Origin: Terriglobales bacterium
GTDB lineage: Bacteria; Acidobacteriota; Terriglobia; Terriglobales; Acidobacteriaceae
Assembly (NCBI GenBank): GCA_049521535.1
Contig: JBEKOS010000001.1
Span: forward strand, 1 to 40,858
Length of the DNA: 40,858 nucleotides
Direction of reading: 5' to 3'
In this document: one piece after another, positions 8,496 to 17,179 of the stretch
Position numbering within the stretch: the stretch's first letter is position 1
How the letters are laid out: each line of letters begins with the position of its first letter
Position numbers and translations under genes: made by a program
The notes under the pieces: model-generated
What the model was told of the DNA's origin: nothing
What the model saw: only the letters and a program-made list of their open reading frames with translations
The model's database searches: none

Positions 8496-8531
8496 GCAGG
8501 TAGTCAGCGGTGTGTGACCGTTACTACCTGC
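8496..8531 (-). other. intercistronic hairpin between subtilase 2 and membrane protein 2
   Basis: GCAGGTAGT (8496-8504) pairs with ACTACCTGC (8523-8531), and an inner CGGT/ACCG pair extends the stem. No U-tract follows, so it is not a classical terminator. Confidence 0.3.
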
Positions 8532-8563
8532 TGCCTGCCAACTGTAAAAGATCTCACGATTTA

Positions 8564-10291
8564 CTAGTCGCCAGTCAAAACAGCCATGCCGGCATCGGGA
8601 GCGCCGCTCTTGCCCCAAACCACCGACTTGCCCCACAACACGCTGGTCGCTTCCACCGCCATGTTGCCCCACACGGCCTCCGCAGCGCCCCAAAGTTGTG
8701 AGCTGCCGGCGAGCGTAACGGAAGTGCCCCAAACCGAAGAAATTGACCAGGTCGAGGAAGAGCTTCCCAGTACCGAACCAGTAGCGGGAACAACTTGTAC
8801 CGACCCGCTGTAGCTGAAGGTGGCGCTGGGCGACATGGCGCTGCCCACCGTGCTCGGCGCCAGCGCGCTGCTGGAAAGCGCCGCCTGCACATTCAGGTAG
8901 CCCGCGCCTACGGTGAAGATATCGCTTTGCGAATTGTAGGTAAAACCGGCAGAAAAGACGCTGGTGTAGGGCTGCAAGGTCTTGCTGGCGGTCAGCATGA
9001 TCCGGGCTTTCACCTGGTCGGGCGTCAGTGCCGGTGTCTGCTGCAGCATGAGGGCGACAGTGCCGGCCACCGCCGGGGTGGCCATGCTGGTGCCGCTCAG
9101 CATGAAGTAGGCGCTGGAAGCAGCGCTGGTGCCGCTGGTCTGATAAGTCGAGGTGGGCACCACGTTGGTGGGTTCCTCGCCGTACAGCGTGCTGCCGGGA
9201 ACGCACAACGAGATGATCTGATTGCCCGGGGCCACGACGTCCGGCTTCACGATCTGATCGACCACGGTGGGCCCCTTGGAACTGTAGCTGGCGATCTGGT
9301 CATCGGCGGGACTGGGCGTGCCGTTGGTGTTCATAGCGCCGACGGTCAGGACATAAGGATCATTGCCGGGCGCGTCGATCATGCCGTAGCCATTCTCGCC
9401 ATAGGTATTGTCGCGGCCATCATTGCCGGCGGCAACGACCACCACGATCCCGTCCTGCCAGGCGGCTTCGACGGCCTGGCAGAGGGGGTCCTGAGTATAG
9501 CTCTCATACACTCCCCGTCCCACGGAGAGGTTGATGATGCGGATGTTGTAGGTGCTCTTCAGCGCCATGGCCTGATCAATGGCGGCGATGATGGTGCTGT
9601 CGGCGCCGGAGCCGTTCTCGTCGAGCACACGGAGGTTGACGATGTTGACGCTGGGGGCCACGCCTTTAATCGTGAGGCTGTAGCCAGACCCGGAGGACTG
9701 CGCACCATTGCCGCCGAGGATGCCGGCGACATGCGTGCCATGGCCATACAGGTCGGTGGTGGTGCTGGTTTCGCCGGGGACAAAGCTCTGGTTATAGACC
9801 ACGCGTGAACCGAGGTCGGGGTTGGGCAAGATGCCACTGTCGATCACGGCCACGCCAATGCCCGCGCCATTGAAGCCCAGGTTCCAGGCATACGCGGTAT
9901 TGATGGTGTTCTGATAGTTGTCAAAATACTGCGAGGTGTGCGTCTTGGTCTTGCGGTCGGGAGAAATGAAGGCCACCTCAGGATCGTTCGCCAGCTCCGA
10001 CAGGATTCTGGGGGAAACGGTGAACACCGCGCCCTTTACGCTGTGGAACTGAGATTTCAGCTTGCCGCCGCGGCTGAGTACTTTGTCGATATGGTGCTGG
10101 CTGGGCTTGGCGGTGAACTGCACAATCACGTCCACGGGCTCGGATTTGGTGGTGTCGAGGTCCAACGCAATTTTGCCGTTGTTGGCCCGGGATATCTGTC
10201 CCCAGAGCGCGCTGGCATTCGCCAAGGGCGAAATGCTCAGCACCAGGACTAAAGTTGCGATCCATCCGAATCTCTGATTTCTACTCATCAT
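8564..10291 (-). CDS. secreted S8 (subtilisin-family) serine peptidase with I9-like propeptide and C-terminal W-G repeat tail (cassette 2)
   Basis: Signal peptide MMSRNQRFGWIATLVLVLSISPLANA. Catalytic motifs VAVIDSGI, HGTHVAGILGG, INLSVG and SGTSMATPAVAG. GAAGGAGAG RBS. Long identical blocks with subtilase 1, for example QDPLCQAVE.AW..GIVVVVAAGNDGRD. Confidence 0.9.
   Translation of the reverse strand: MMSRNQRFGWIATLVLVLSISPLANASALWGQISRANNGKIALDLDTTKSEPVDVIVQFTAKPSQHHIDKVLSRGGKLKSQFHSVKGAVFTVSPRILSELANDPEVAFISPDRKTKTHTSQYFDNYQNTINTAYAWNLGFNGAGIGVAVIDSGILPNPDLGSRVVYNQSFVPGETSTTTDLYGHGTHVAGILGGNGAQSSGSGYSLTIKGVAPSVNIVNLRVLDENGSGADSTIIAAIDQAMALKSTYNIRIINLSVGRGVYESYTQDPLCQAVEAAWQDGIVVVVAAGNDGRDNTYGENGYGMIDAPGNDPYVLTVGAMNTNGTPSPADDQIASYSSKGPTVVDQIVKPDVVAPGNQIISLCVPGSTLYGEEPTNVVPTSTYQTSGTSAASSAYFMLSGTSMATPAVAGTVALMLQQTPALTPDQVKARIMLTASKTLQPYTSVFSAGFTYNSQSDIFTVGAGYLNVQAALSSSALAPSTVGSAMSPSATFSYSGSVQVVPATGSVLGSSSSTWSISSVWGTSVTLAGSSQLWGAAEAVWGNMAVEATSVLWGKSVVWGKSGAPDAGMAVLTGD
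8567..8752 (-). repeat. coding repeat: W-G/W-S short repeats forming the last ~62 aa of subtilase 2
   Basis: TWSISS-VWGTSVTLAGSSQ-LWGAAEA-VWGNMAVEATS-VLWGKSV-VWGKSGAPDAGMAVLTGD. Confidence 0.7.
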
Positions 10292-10340
10292 TAGCTCTCC
10301 TTCACTTTCCTCTCGAAGAGGACAAACACAGCAATCTCAG

Positions 10341-10357
10341 TTGCACGGTCATGGCCA
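10341..10357 (-). promoter_or_regulatory. sigma54-type -24/-12 promoter of cassette 2
   Basis: The minus strand reads TGGCCATGACCGTGCAA with GG/GC at consensus spacing. It lies ~50 nt upstream of the subtilase 2 ATG. Confidence 0.55.
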
Positions 10358-10373
10358 TCCGATGCGGTGCGGC

Positions 10374-10386
10374 TAAGTTGTTGATT
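10374..10386 (-). promoter_or_regulatory. IHF-like site (cassette 2)
   Basis: The minus strand reads AATCAACAACTTA, a full match to WATCARNNNNTTR. It lies 17 nt upstream of the -24 element, the same placement as in cassette 1. Confidence 0.5.
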
Positions 10387-10418
10387 TTGGGACTTAGGTA
10401 AGCCGGCCGTCGCTGCGA

Positions 10419-10437
10419 TTGGGACAAGATGTCCCAC
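10419..10437. promoter_or_regulatory. palindromic putative enhancer/operator TTGGGAC-N5-GTCCCAC (cassette 2)
   Basis: TTGGGACAAGATGTCCCAC, with an extra half-site TGGGAC at 10388..10393, 32 bp away. Confidence 0.5.
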
Positions 10438-10712
10438 AGAATGAGACGAACGAGACAGCTTTTCCCATCGAATTCGACGTTTTCGCTGTTTGCTTGCGCG
10501 GGTCGTCGTACGGAAGCCCTCGCCGGGGCCGGGCGGGCCTGGGGCAATTGGCCGAGGCTTGTAGATGAAGCCGTTACTTCAGTACCTGGTCCTGGTGCTG
10601 TCCTTTGGTAATTAATCAGAAACCGTGAGCGCACGCTAGCATGAACCAGACAGTGTATAGGTGTTGGGCCTGGCTGGATTACAGGCCCGGTGTCTTGGGA
10701 GACAAATAGGCG

Positions 10713-12467
10713 ATGCGATTACCCACGCGAATTCCGATTCTCTATTTAATGTTGGGAATACTGGTTTTGGTCAGCGTTGTTCCGATGTATTTCTATGCGA
10801 GTTGGGTTGTCAGCACCAATCGTGAGGCTCTGAAGGTTAACGAGCAGTTACTGGAAAATGAAATCACCCGCTCGTTGCGCGAGGATATTGGTCAGCGCCA
10901 GAGCAGCCTGCATACCGTGCTTGGTAACTTTAGCGCCGCGGTGGGTATTGCGAGTGGCGGCAACCTGAATGGCGACAAATTAAACTCCAAGGAAATGCAA
11001 GCGCTGTTGGAGAAATTCGTGGTTTCGTCCAGCGATCTCGCCTATGTCGCCCTCCTCAACCCTGACGCCAAGTTTATTTCTGCGGGGCGCGTGCAACCTG
11101 ATGGTTTTATGCAGAAAGAGGTCGAACGCGCCTTCAAAGCCGCACGCGACGGGCGGACCTATGAGGGAGAACCGCTCTCGCTAGGCTCGGGACAGAACAC
11201 TCGTACGCTGCTTCTGGTAAGCGCCCCCATTGTTGTGAACGGCAGCTTTGTTGGGAGTATTGCCGCGTTTGAAGACCTGCAATTTCTAGTTGATCGCCTG
11301 CATGCCAATCAGGACGGTGGCTTAACGGCTTATGTGGTGGACCGGCAGGGGCGGCTGGTTGCGGGGGCGTCATCAGGTTATGCGACCGGACAGGACATGA
11401 CCAGCAGCGAGATTGTAAAGAACTTTGTCGATCAGGCTGGAAAAGTGCAATTTGCTTCGACGATGGAGTTCAATGCCACGGTGGGCAAGCAAAAAAACCG
11501 CATGTTAGGAACATACTCTGTCGTGCCGGCCCTCGGCTGGGCGGTGGTCGCCCAAAAGTCGTTGCAGGATGCGTATCAGGGCGTTTATCACATGCAGTGG
11601 TTGGCGCGTGAACTAGCCCTGCTGACCATTCTGATCAGCATGATCATTTCGGTATGGTCGGCCAGAAGCATAACCAAGCCTCTGGATGAACTAATTGAAG
11701 GGACTCACGCGATTGCCCGTGGTGATTTCTCGCAACGAGTAAACCTAAAGAGCCGCACTGAAATTGCCGACCTTGCGCATACCTTCAATCGGATGACCGA
11801 GAGTTTGCAGAAATTTGTCGCCGACCTGAAGCACGCTGCCGAGGAAAATCGCGCGCTATTCTTCAGTTCCATCCAGATGCTCGCTGGTGCGGTCGACGAA
11901 AAAGATCCCTATACGCGCGGCCACTCCGATCGCGTCACGCGCTATTCCGTCCTGCTCGCGCAGGAGCTGGGATTGAGTCAGCAGGAAATTGAGACCGTTC
12001 GCGTGGCAGCACAACTTCATGATGTGGGAAAGATCGGTATCGAGGATCGCGTACTCAAGAAGCCCGGTGCGCTTTCGGCTGAGGAGTTTGAACTTATGAA
12101 AGCGCACACTACGAAAGGCGCTAATATCCTGCGGCCGGTTCAGCAACTGAAGGAGATGATCCCCGGAATCGAGCTTCATCACGAAACTCTCGATGGAAAC
12201 GGTTATCCTTACGGGTTGCAAGGCGACGAAATCCCGTTGCTCGCCCGCATTATCACCGTGGCCGACGTCTTCGATGCAATGACAACTCATCGGCCTTACC
12301 AAACGGCCATGGATCCTGACGATGTTGTGCGGAGGATCAACGCCAAGGCGGACATTAAGTTCGATCCACACGTGGTCCGGGCGTTGATGTCTGTGTTTGA
12401 CCGCGGTGAACTGCTCGAAGACGGCTTCTATGCGGAGAGAGAAGTGCCAGCGGGCGTAGGCGTTTAG
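10713..12467 (+). CDS. membrane-bound sensor HD-GYP phosphodiesterase (Cache-like periplasmic domain, HAMP, HD-GYP)
   Basis: 584 aa. Two TM helices flank a ~270-aa extracytoplasmic domain, followed by HAMP (ITKPLDELIEGTHAIARGDFSQRV). HD-GYP motifs are intact: HSDRV, LHDVGKIGI, HHETLDGNGYPYG. Confidence 0.9.
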   Translation: MRLPTRIPILYLMLGILVLVSVVPMYFYASWVVSTNREALKVNEQLLENEITRSLREDIGQRQSSLHTVLGNFSAAVGIASGGNLNGDKLNSKEMQALLEKFVVSSSDLAYVALLNPDAKFISAGRVQPDGFMQKEVERAFKAARDGRTYEGEPLSLGSGQNTRTLLLVSAPIVVNGSFVGSIAAFEDLQFLVDRLHANQDGGLTAYVVDRQGRLVAGASSGYATGQDMTSSEIVKNFVDQAGKVQFASTMEFNATVGKQKNRMLGTYSVVPALGWAVVAQKSLQDAYQGVYHMQWLARELALLTILISMIISVWSARSITKPLDELIEGTHAIARGDFSQRVNLKSRTEIADLAHTFNRMTESLQKFVADLKHAAEENRALFFSSIQMLAGAVDEKDPYTRGHSDRVTRYSVLLAQELGLSQQEIETVRVAAQLHDVGKIGIEDRVLKKPGALSAEEFELMKAHTTKGANILRPVQQLKEMIPGIELHHETLDGNGYPYGLQGDEIPLLARIITVADVFDAMTTHRPYQTAMDPDDVVRRINAKADIKFDPHVVRALMSVFDRGELLEDGFYAEREVPAGVGV

Positions 12468-12653
12468 CAGTACAAATCCCAGTGAAAGGTCCTGGCTCAG
12501 GAATCCCTTTTGTGCCAACCACTCCACTAAGGATATACATGATCCCGCAATGGCCCGGTCGGATACAACCGCACGAATGAATAGGCTCTCGGCCAGGGAG
12601 GTTTTCACGGCCGCGAAAATTGATTTGCAGGCGTGGAGGAAAGCTGCCGCTGA

Positions 12654-12797
12654 CTAAGATCCCTTGCCGTGCTTGGACTGGTGGGATTTTTCATGTTTGT
12701 TCTTGTGATGTTTGTTCTTGTGATGCTTGGCAAATGCGGGTGTGACCAATGCGAAGGCCAGTACGGCGGTTAACATGGCTGCGAAGACCTTCTTCAT
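12654..12797 (-). CDS. 47-aa secreted His/Lys-rich mini-protein
   Basis: GAGGAG RBS ~6 nt upstream of the ATG at 12797. Signal peptide MKKVFAAMLTAVLAFALVTPAFA, then KHHKNKHHKNKHEKSHQSKHGKGS. The DNA carries a tandem 15-nt repeat tttgttcttgtgatg x2. The longer ORF to 12935 is disfavoured. Confidence 0.6.
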   Translation of the reverse strand: MKKVFAAMLTAVLAFALVTPAFAKHHKNKHHKNKHEKSHQSKHGKGS

Positions 12798-13065
12798 GCA
12801 ATACTCCTCACGTCCATAAAGGTGGACATCACCATTCTGTCCCATAGGTTCCACTTTGTAAATCAGAGATTCTCCTGAGCGCGCGTGCCAGAAGTTCAGC
12901 GAGAGCTCGGACCAAAGCCACGCGCCAACAAGCAATGAACATCCAAGGCTCCGTTCCTCCCGACCTTTGGATCATCGTGCTCGATATAATCTGTAATTTG
13001 CACACCCAACTCGACATCCATCCCGTCAAGCAAATCTGGGTGCACTGAAAGAGCAGGCAACAAGA

Positions 13066-14061
13066 ATGGCGAAAATCCTCACATTGTTTGGCAGCCTGGA
13101 AGAACAGGAAAAACAAAAACAGCCGCTCGACAAGAAGGGCGGCCTGTTTGAGCGTATGAAGCAGGCGGTCACTCGCACTCGTGAGAACCTGAGCGAGCGA
13201 ATTGACGAGGTGGTCTCCGTCATTCCATTGGGCAAGGAGATCGACCGCAGCACTCTCGACATGCTTGAGGCTACGCTTATTGCAGCGGATCTCGGCTCCA
13301 AAACCACGCAGGAAGTGCTGAACAAGTTGCGCGAAAGGGCCGACCGAAAGCAGATTCAGGATGTGGATGAACTCAAACGGCTGCTGAAGCATGAGCTTCT
13401 GGAGATTCTTTCCCGCGCGAATACGCCGCCGATTGCTGCTGAAGAAGGTGAACCCGAAGTGATCCTAGTAGTCGGGGTGAATGGCACCGGCAAGACCACA
13501 AGCATTGGCAAGCTGGCACAACGATTGCACGAACAGGGGAAGACCGTAGTGCTGGCGGCTGCCGATACTTTTCGCGCTGCCGCCATCGAGCAACTTGAGA
13601 TCTGGGGACAGCGGACCGGCGCCGAAGTAATCAAGACCAAGCCCGGTGGCGACCCTTCGGCGGTACTATTTGATGCCCTTCAGGCGGCCAGAGCGCGGAA
13701 TCTCGACTATGTGATAGTCGATACCGCCGGACGTTTGCATACCAAAACCAGTCTGATGGATGAACTTGCGAAAATAAGGCGAACGGCGCAACGCTTCATC
13801 CCGCGCGCCCCTCACGAAACCTTGCTGGTGATGGACGCCACTACCGGGCAGAATGGCCTACAACAGGCGAAATTGTTTACGGAATCAGCCGGGGTCACAG
13901 GAATTGTACTGACCAAACTAGACGGCACCGCCAAAGGAGGCGTCGTGGTAGCTATCTCGCGCGAGCTGGGGGTGCCGGTGCGTTTCGTTGGAGTGGGCGA
14001 AAAAGCTGGCGATCTGCTGCCATTTGATCCGGTAGAATTTGTGGATTCGTTGTTTACATAG
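13066..14061 (+). CDS. ftsY: signal recognition particle receptor FtsY
   Basis: SRP-GTPase motifs [21 protein letters not shown] and [10 protein letters not shown], with a short acidic N-terminus. Confidence 0.95.
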   Translation: MAKILTLFGSLEEQEKQKQPLDKKGGLFERMKQAVTRTRENLSERIDEVVSVIPLGKEIDRSTLDMLEATLIAADLGSKTTQEVLNKLRERADRKQIQDVDELKRLLKHELLEILSRANTPPIAAEEGEPEVILVVGVNGTGKTTSIGKLAQRLHEQGKTVVLAAADTFRAAAIEQLEIWGQRTGAEVIKTKPGGDPSAVLFDALQAARARNLDYVIVDTAGRLHTKTSLMDELAKIRRTAQRFIPRAPHETLLVMDATTGQNGLQQAKLFTESAGVTGIVLTKLDGTAKGGVVVAISRELGVPVRFVGVGEKAGDLLPFDPVEFVDSLFT

Positions 14062-14157
14062 TGGGTTCTTCCTAATACCTCATTACTAATAAGCGGTGAC
14101 TGAGAACACACTGTTCGCCCTGTCGTCAAACGGAATGGAAGAGACGGCTTTCAAAGA

Positions 14158-15327
14158 ATGACCCTTGACGAGCAATTTATGGAGCGGGCGATAGAACTGG
14201 CACGGAGTTCGGTCGGTCTGGCGTCACCCAATCCAGTCGTCGGCGCCATCATAGAGCGGGGCGGCGAAATCATAGGTGAAGGCAGCCACTCCTATGCAGA
14301 ACGGAAACACGCCGAGATCCTCGCGCTTGAAGCAGCCTCTGCCACTTCCGGCGAGCGTGTTCCAGGCGCAACGATGTACCTGAATCTCGAACCGTGCTGC
14401 CACCAGGGACGAACCGGTCCGTGTACCGAGGCGATTATCTCCGCAGGCATCAAGCGTGTTGTCGCAGCCATGTACGATCCTAACCCGCTGGTGCGCGGAA
14501 AGGGATTTGATCGATTGCGCGAGGCGGGCATTGAAGTAGCGACGGGTGTAGGCGAAAGAGAAGCGCGCAAATTGAACGAAGCTTTTGCCAATTGGATCCG
14601 AACACGCAGGCCATTAGTGACGCTTAAGTCAGCCTTGACGCTGGATGGGAAGATTGGCAAGAAGCAATCGTTGGCAAGAAAAGAACTTGACGATTGGCGT
14701 TGGATCACCGGTGAGCCAGCTCGTGCGAATGTGCAAGAGCTGCGGCATGTGACGGACGCGCTATTGGTTGGAGTTGGAACGGTTATTGCCGATGATCCAT
14801 TGTTAACAGATCGTTCGGGCAAGCCTCGCCGACGCCGCTTGCTCCGAGTGGTACTCGATTCCGCGCTGCGACTGCCTTTGGAATCACGCCTTGTTCGATC
14901 TGTGCAGGATGACCTGGTCGTATTCTGTTCGTCCAATAATCGCGATAGCAGACACGAATTAGAGACTCGGGGGATTCGCGTGGAGCAGATTTCCGTTGGC
15001 GGTGAAGGCGTTAATTTCCATGAGGTCATCACTCAACTTGGAGAAATGGAGAATCTAAGTGTACTAATCGAAGGTGGGTCGCGGATCAACGGCGCAGCGC
15101 TAGCCGCGAATGTCGTTGACAAGCTGTTTCTATATTTCGCTCCTCGGCTCTTGGGGGAGCGCGGGTCTGTTCCATTCAGTTCAGGTATGGGAAATTCCTA
15201 CCCTCCCTCAGGGCTCCGGCTTTTGAAGACCGCGATGTATCACTTCGGCGAGGATTTTGCTCTTGAAGGCTACCTGAAGGATCCGTATGCGGCACCGGCG
15301 GAAGCAGAACCAACGCCGTCAGTGTGA
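14158..15327 (+). CDS. ribD: bifunctional riboflavin biosynthesis deaminase/reductase RibD
   Basis: CMP/dCMP deaminase zinc motifs HAEILAL and EPCCHQGRTGPC, plus a C-terminal RibD reductase domain. Confidence 0.93.
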   Translation: MTLDEQFMERAIELARSSVGLASPNPVVGAIIERGGEIIGEGSHSYAERKHAEILALEAASATSGERVPGATMYLNLEPCCHQGRTGPCTEAIISAGIKRVVAAMYDPNPLVRGKGFDRLREAGIEVATGVGEREARKLNEAFANWIRTRRPLVTLKSALTLDGKIGKKQSLARKELDDWRWITGEPARANVQELRHVTDALLVGVGTVIADDPLLTDRSGKPRRRRLLRVVLDSALRLPLESRLVRSVQDDLVVFCSSNNRDSRHELETRGIRVEQISVGGEGVNFHEVITQLGEMENLSVLIEGGSRINGAALAANVVDKLFLYFAPRLLGERGSVPFSSGMGNSYPPSGLRLLKTAMYHFGEDFALEGYLKDPYAAPAEAEPTPSV

Positions 15328-15736
15328 TGCCAGTACGGCGACGCAGGAACAAGCCAAGCCCCGCACATCGATTCCACCCATCTCATCAATGGCTCGTGCA
15401 GCACACGCGTCGCCGAGATAGACGATCCAGATACTCTCCGGGAGTATGAAAAATCTGTGGGGAACGATAACTGATCTCTATGGCGAACGAATTCGTACTG
15501 GCATACGGAAGAAAAAAGACGGTGGCGCATACGTGCAGCGCAAGGCGGTCACATTCACGCGTAGCATCCCTTGGGAGGTGAAATGGCTCGGACCCTACAT
15601 TAATTCCGCTTCGCGGGAGTTCCTGCACAATGGGATGGCCGATCCTCGCACGGCGGCGCGAACTCGCAAGTAGACGGTTCCAGTCGCGTACCATCAGACC
15701 CGTCAATCGAGCGGCTGGCGAGCAATAACCACATTT

Positions 15737-16531
15737 TTATGCGCAGGGTTGGGATCCAGGTCCGCCAAATTCTTGCAGGTTCATTTCATCAAGCTCAAGG
15801 AATTCACGGACGATTGGCTGCTCCGCCGTGCGCATCTCTTCCGGGGTTCCAAAAAAGACCGCCCGGGCTTCGTGGAGGAACAGAATGCGGTCGCCAAGCT
15901 CTTGCGCCAGCCGCATATCGTGTGTCACAACGATCGAAGTGAGGTGAAGCTGATGCTTGAGCTTCTGGATCAGGTCGCCAAGGAGTTGGGCCATCAGCGG
16001 ATCCACCATTGTGGTGGGTTCGTCGTAGAGAATGCACTCCGGCTCCGCGGCGAGAGCGCGGGCGATGGCAACCGACCGCTTCATGCCGGTGGAAAGATCG
16101 GAAGGCAGCAAATCGCGAATCTCGCGCACTCCAACCATTTCCAGCAGCCCATCGATGATCTGGTAAATCTGGGCCTCATCCAGATCGCGGCGCTCGCGCA
16201 ACGGGAAGGCTACGTTCTCGCCTACGCTAAGGGAGTCGAAGAGCGCGCCGTTCTGGAAGACCATGGTAACTTTCTTCCGGATGCGTTCCATTTGCTGTTC
16301 GCTGTATCCAGCAATGTCTTCGCCGGCCACGACAATGCGGCCTGCATCGGGCTTCAGGAAGCCCATGATCTGCTGCAAGGACACTGACTTGCCTACGCCG
16401 GAGCGGCCGACAATACACACGGTCTCCGCGGGAAGCACATCAAAGCTAACGTCATCAAGGACGCGGTGCTCGCCGAAGGCTTTGCAGACATGTTCAAACT
16501 GGATGTAGGGCTCTTTGTGGTTGTCTGCCAT
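15737..16531 (-). CDS. ABC transporter ATP-binding protein (MlaF/Mkl-like), no adjacent permease
   Basis: Walker A GRSGVGKS, signature LSTGMKRSVAIARA, Walker B ILYDEPT. Confidence 0.9.
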   Translation of the reverse strand: MADNHKEPYIQFEHVCKAFGEHRVLDDVSFDVLPAETVCIVGRSGVGKSVSLQQIMGFLKPDAGRIVVAGEDIAGYSEQQMERIRKKVTMVFQNGALFDSLSVGENVAFPLRERRDLDEAQIYQIIDGLLEMVGVREIRDLLPSDLSTGMKRSVAIARALAAEPECILYDEPTTMVDPLMAQLLGDLIQKLKHQLHLTSIVVTHDMRLAQELGDRILFLHEARAVFFGTPEEMRTAEQPIVREFLELDEMNLQEFGGPGSQPCA

Positions 16532-16549
16532 TGCCGGGTCCTCTTGCGA

Positions 16550-17170
16550 TCAGCGCATGCCGGTGTCAGTCCTCGTCACAGTGGTCTTTCTGGCCCGTTC
16601 AAATTCCTCGGGGGTATTGAGATTGTGAAACATTGCAGCCGGAAATGAAAGTGCATTCATTTCGCTTTCGTCAATGACCAGGGTATTTGCTGCATGGAAA
16701 AGGGCATCAATGCGGTTTCGCTGTGCGCGGAGTGCTTCTTCAGCCAGCCGTCGAAAACCGAGGCGGTACACCGCACAAGTGGGTTGTAGCTGGCCACCGC
16801 CGAGGGGCAGCGTGACGAGCGCGCTGCTTGCCCGGGCGCGGTCAATCAGGAAGCGCAGGAATTCTGCCTGAAGGAACGGCAGATCAACCGCCAGCATGAG
16901 GTTCAACTCCGATGAACTGGCGCAAAGGGCGGCGTGGATCGCGCCGAGCGGCCCGCGATCCAGGAACACGTCCTCCACCACTCCTGCGTATTCCGCGAAT
17001 CTGGTGTGCGGTCCGACAATTCGAACTTGGCCAACTACTGCCGTTGCGAGACCGAGCGCGCGAGCCAATAGCTTTTGACCACGGAACTCAAGGAACGCTT
17101 TGTCGCTTCCCATGCGACTGCTCTTACCACCAGCCAGAATGAACGCGGTCACGTCCGCTGTAGAAGGCAT
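16550..17170 (-). CDS. mobA: molybdenum cofactor guanylyltransferase MobA
   Basis: N-terminal AFILAGGKSSRMGSDKAFLEF motif and ~200 aa length. Confidence 0.8.
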   Translation of the reverse strand: MPSTADVTAFILAGGKSSRMGSDKAFLEFRGQKLLARALGLATAVVGQVRIVGPHTRFAEYAGVVEDVFLDRGPLGAIHAALCASSSELNLMLAVDLPFLQAEFLRFLIDRARASSALVTLPLGGGQLQPTCAVYRLGFRRLAEEALRAQRNRIDALFHAANTLVIDESEMNALSFPAAMFHNLNTPEEFERARKTTVTRTDTGMR

Positions 17171-17179
17171 TTAGCTCCA

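Noticed and set aside
8451-9808. Long alternative-frame and antisense ORFs inside subtilase 2 (251 aa and 337 aa). Similar shadows occur at 27910..28998 (362 aa, antisense to groEL), 30892..31743, 34430..35401, 14292..15032, 11856..12608, 12829..13392, 15749..16387, 32435..33154 and 20804..21214.
   Set aside because: All overlap strongly supported genes and have Arg/Gly/Ala/His-rich low-information composition with no RBS. These are typical GC-rich shadow ORFs.
10302-10634. 110-aa minus-strand ORF upstream of subtilase 2.
   Set aside because: It spans the conserved promoter and enhancer elements, has no RBS and no counterpart in cassette 1, and its Arg/Ser/Pro-rich composition is typical of GC-rich noise.
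14062-14157. FMN riboswitch upstream of ribD.
   Set aside because: The spacer is only 96 nt and lacks the conserved FMN-element core sequences.
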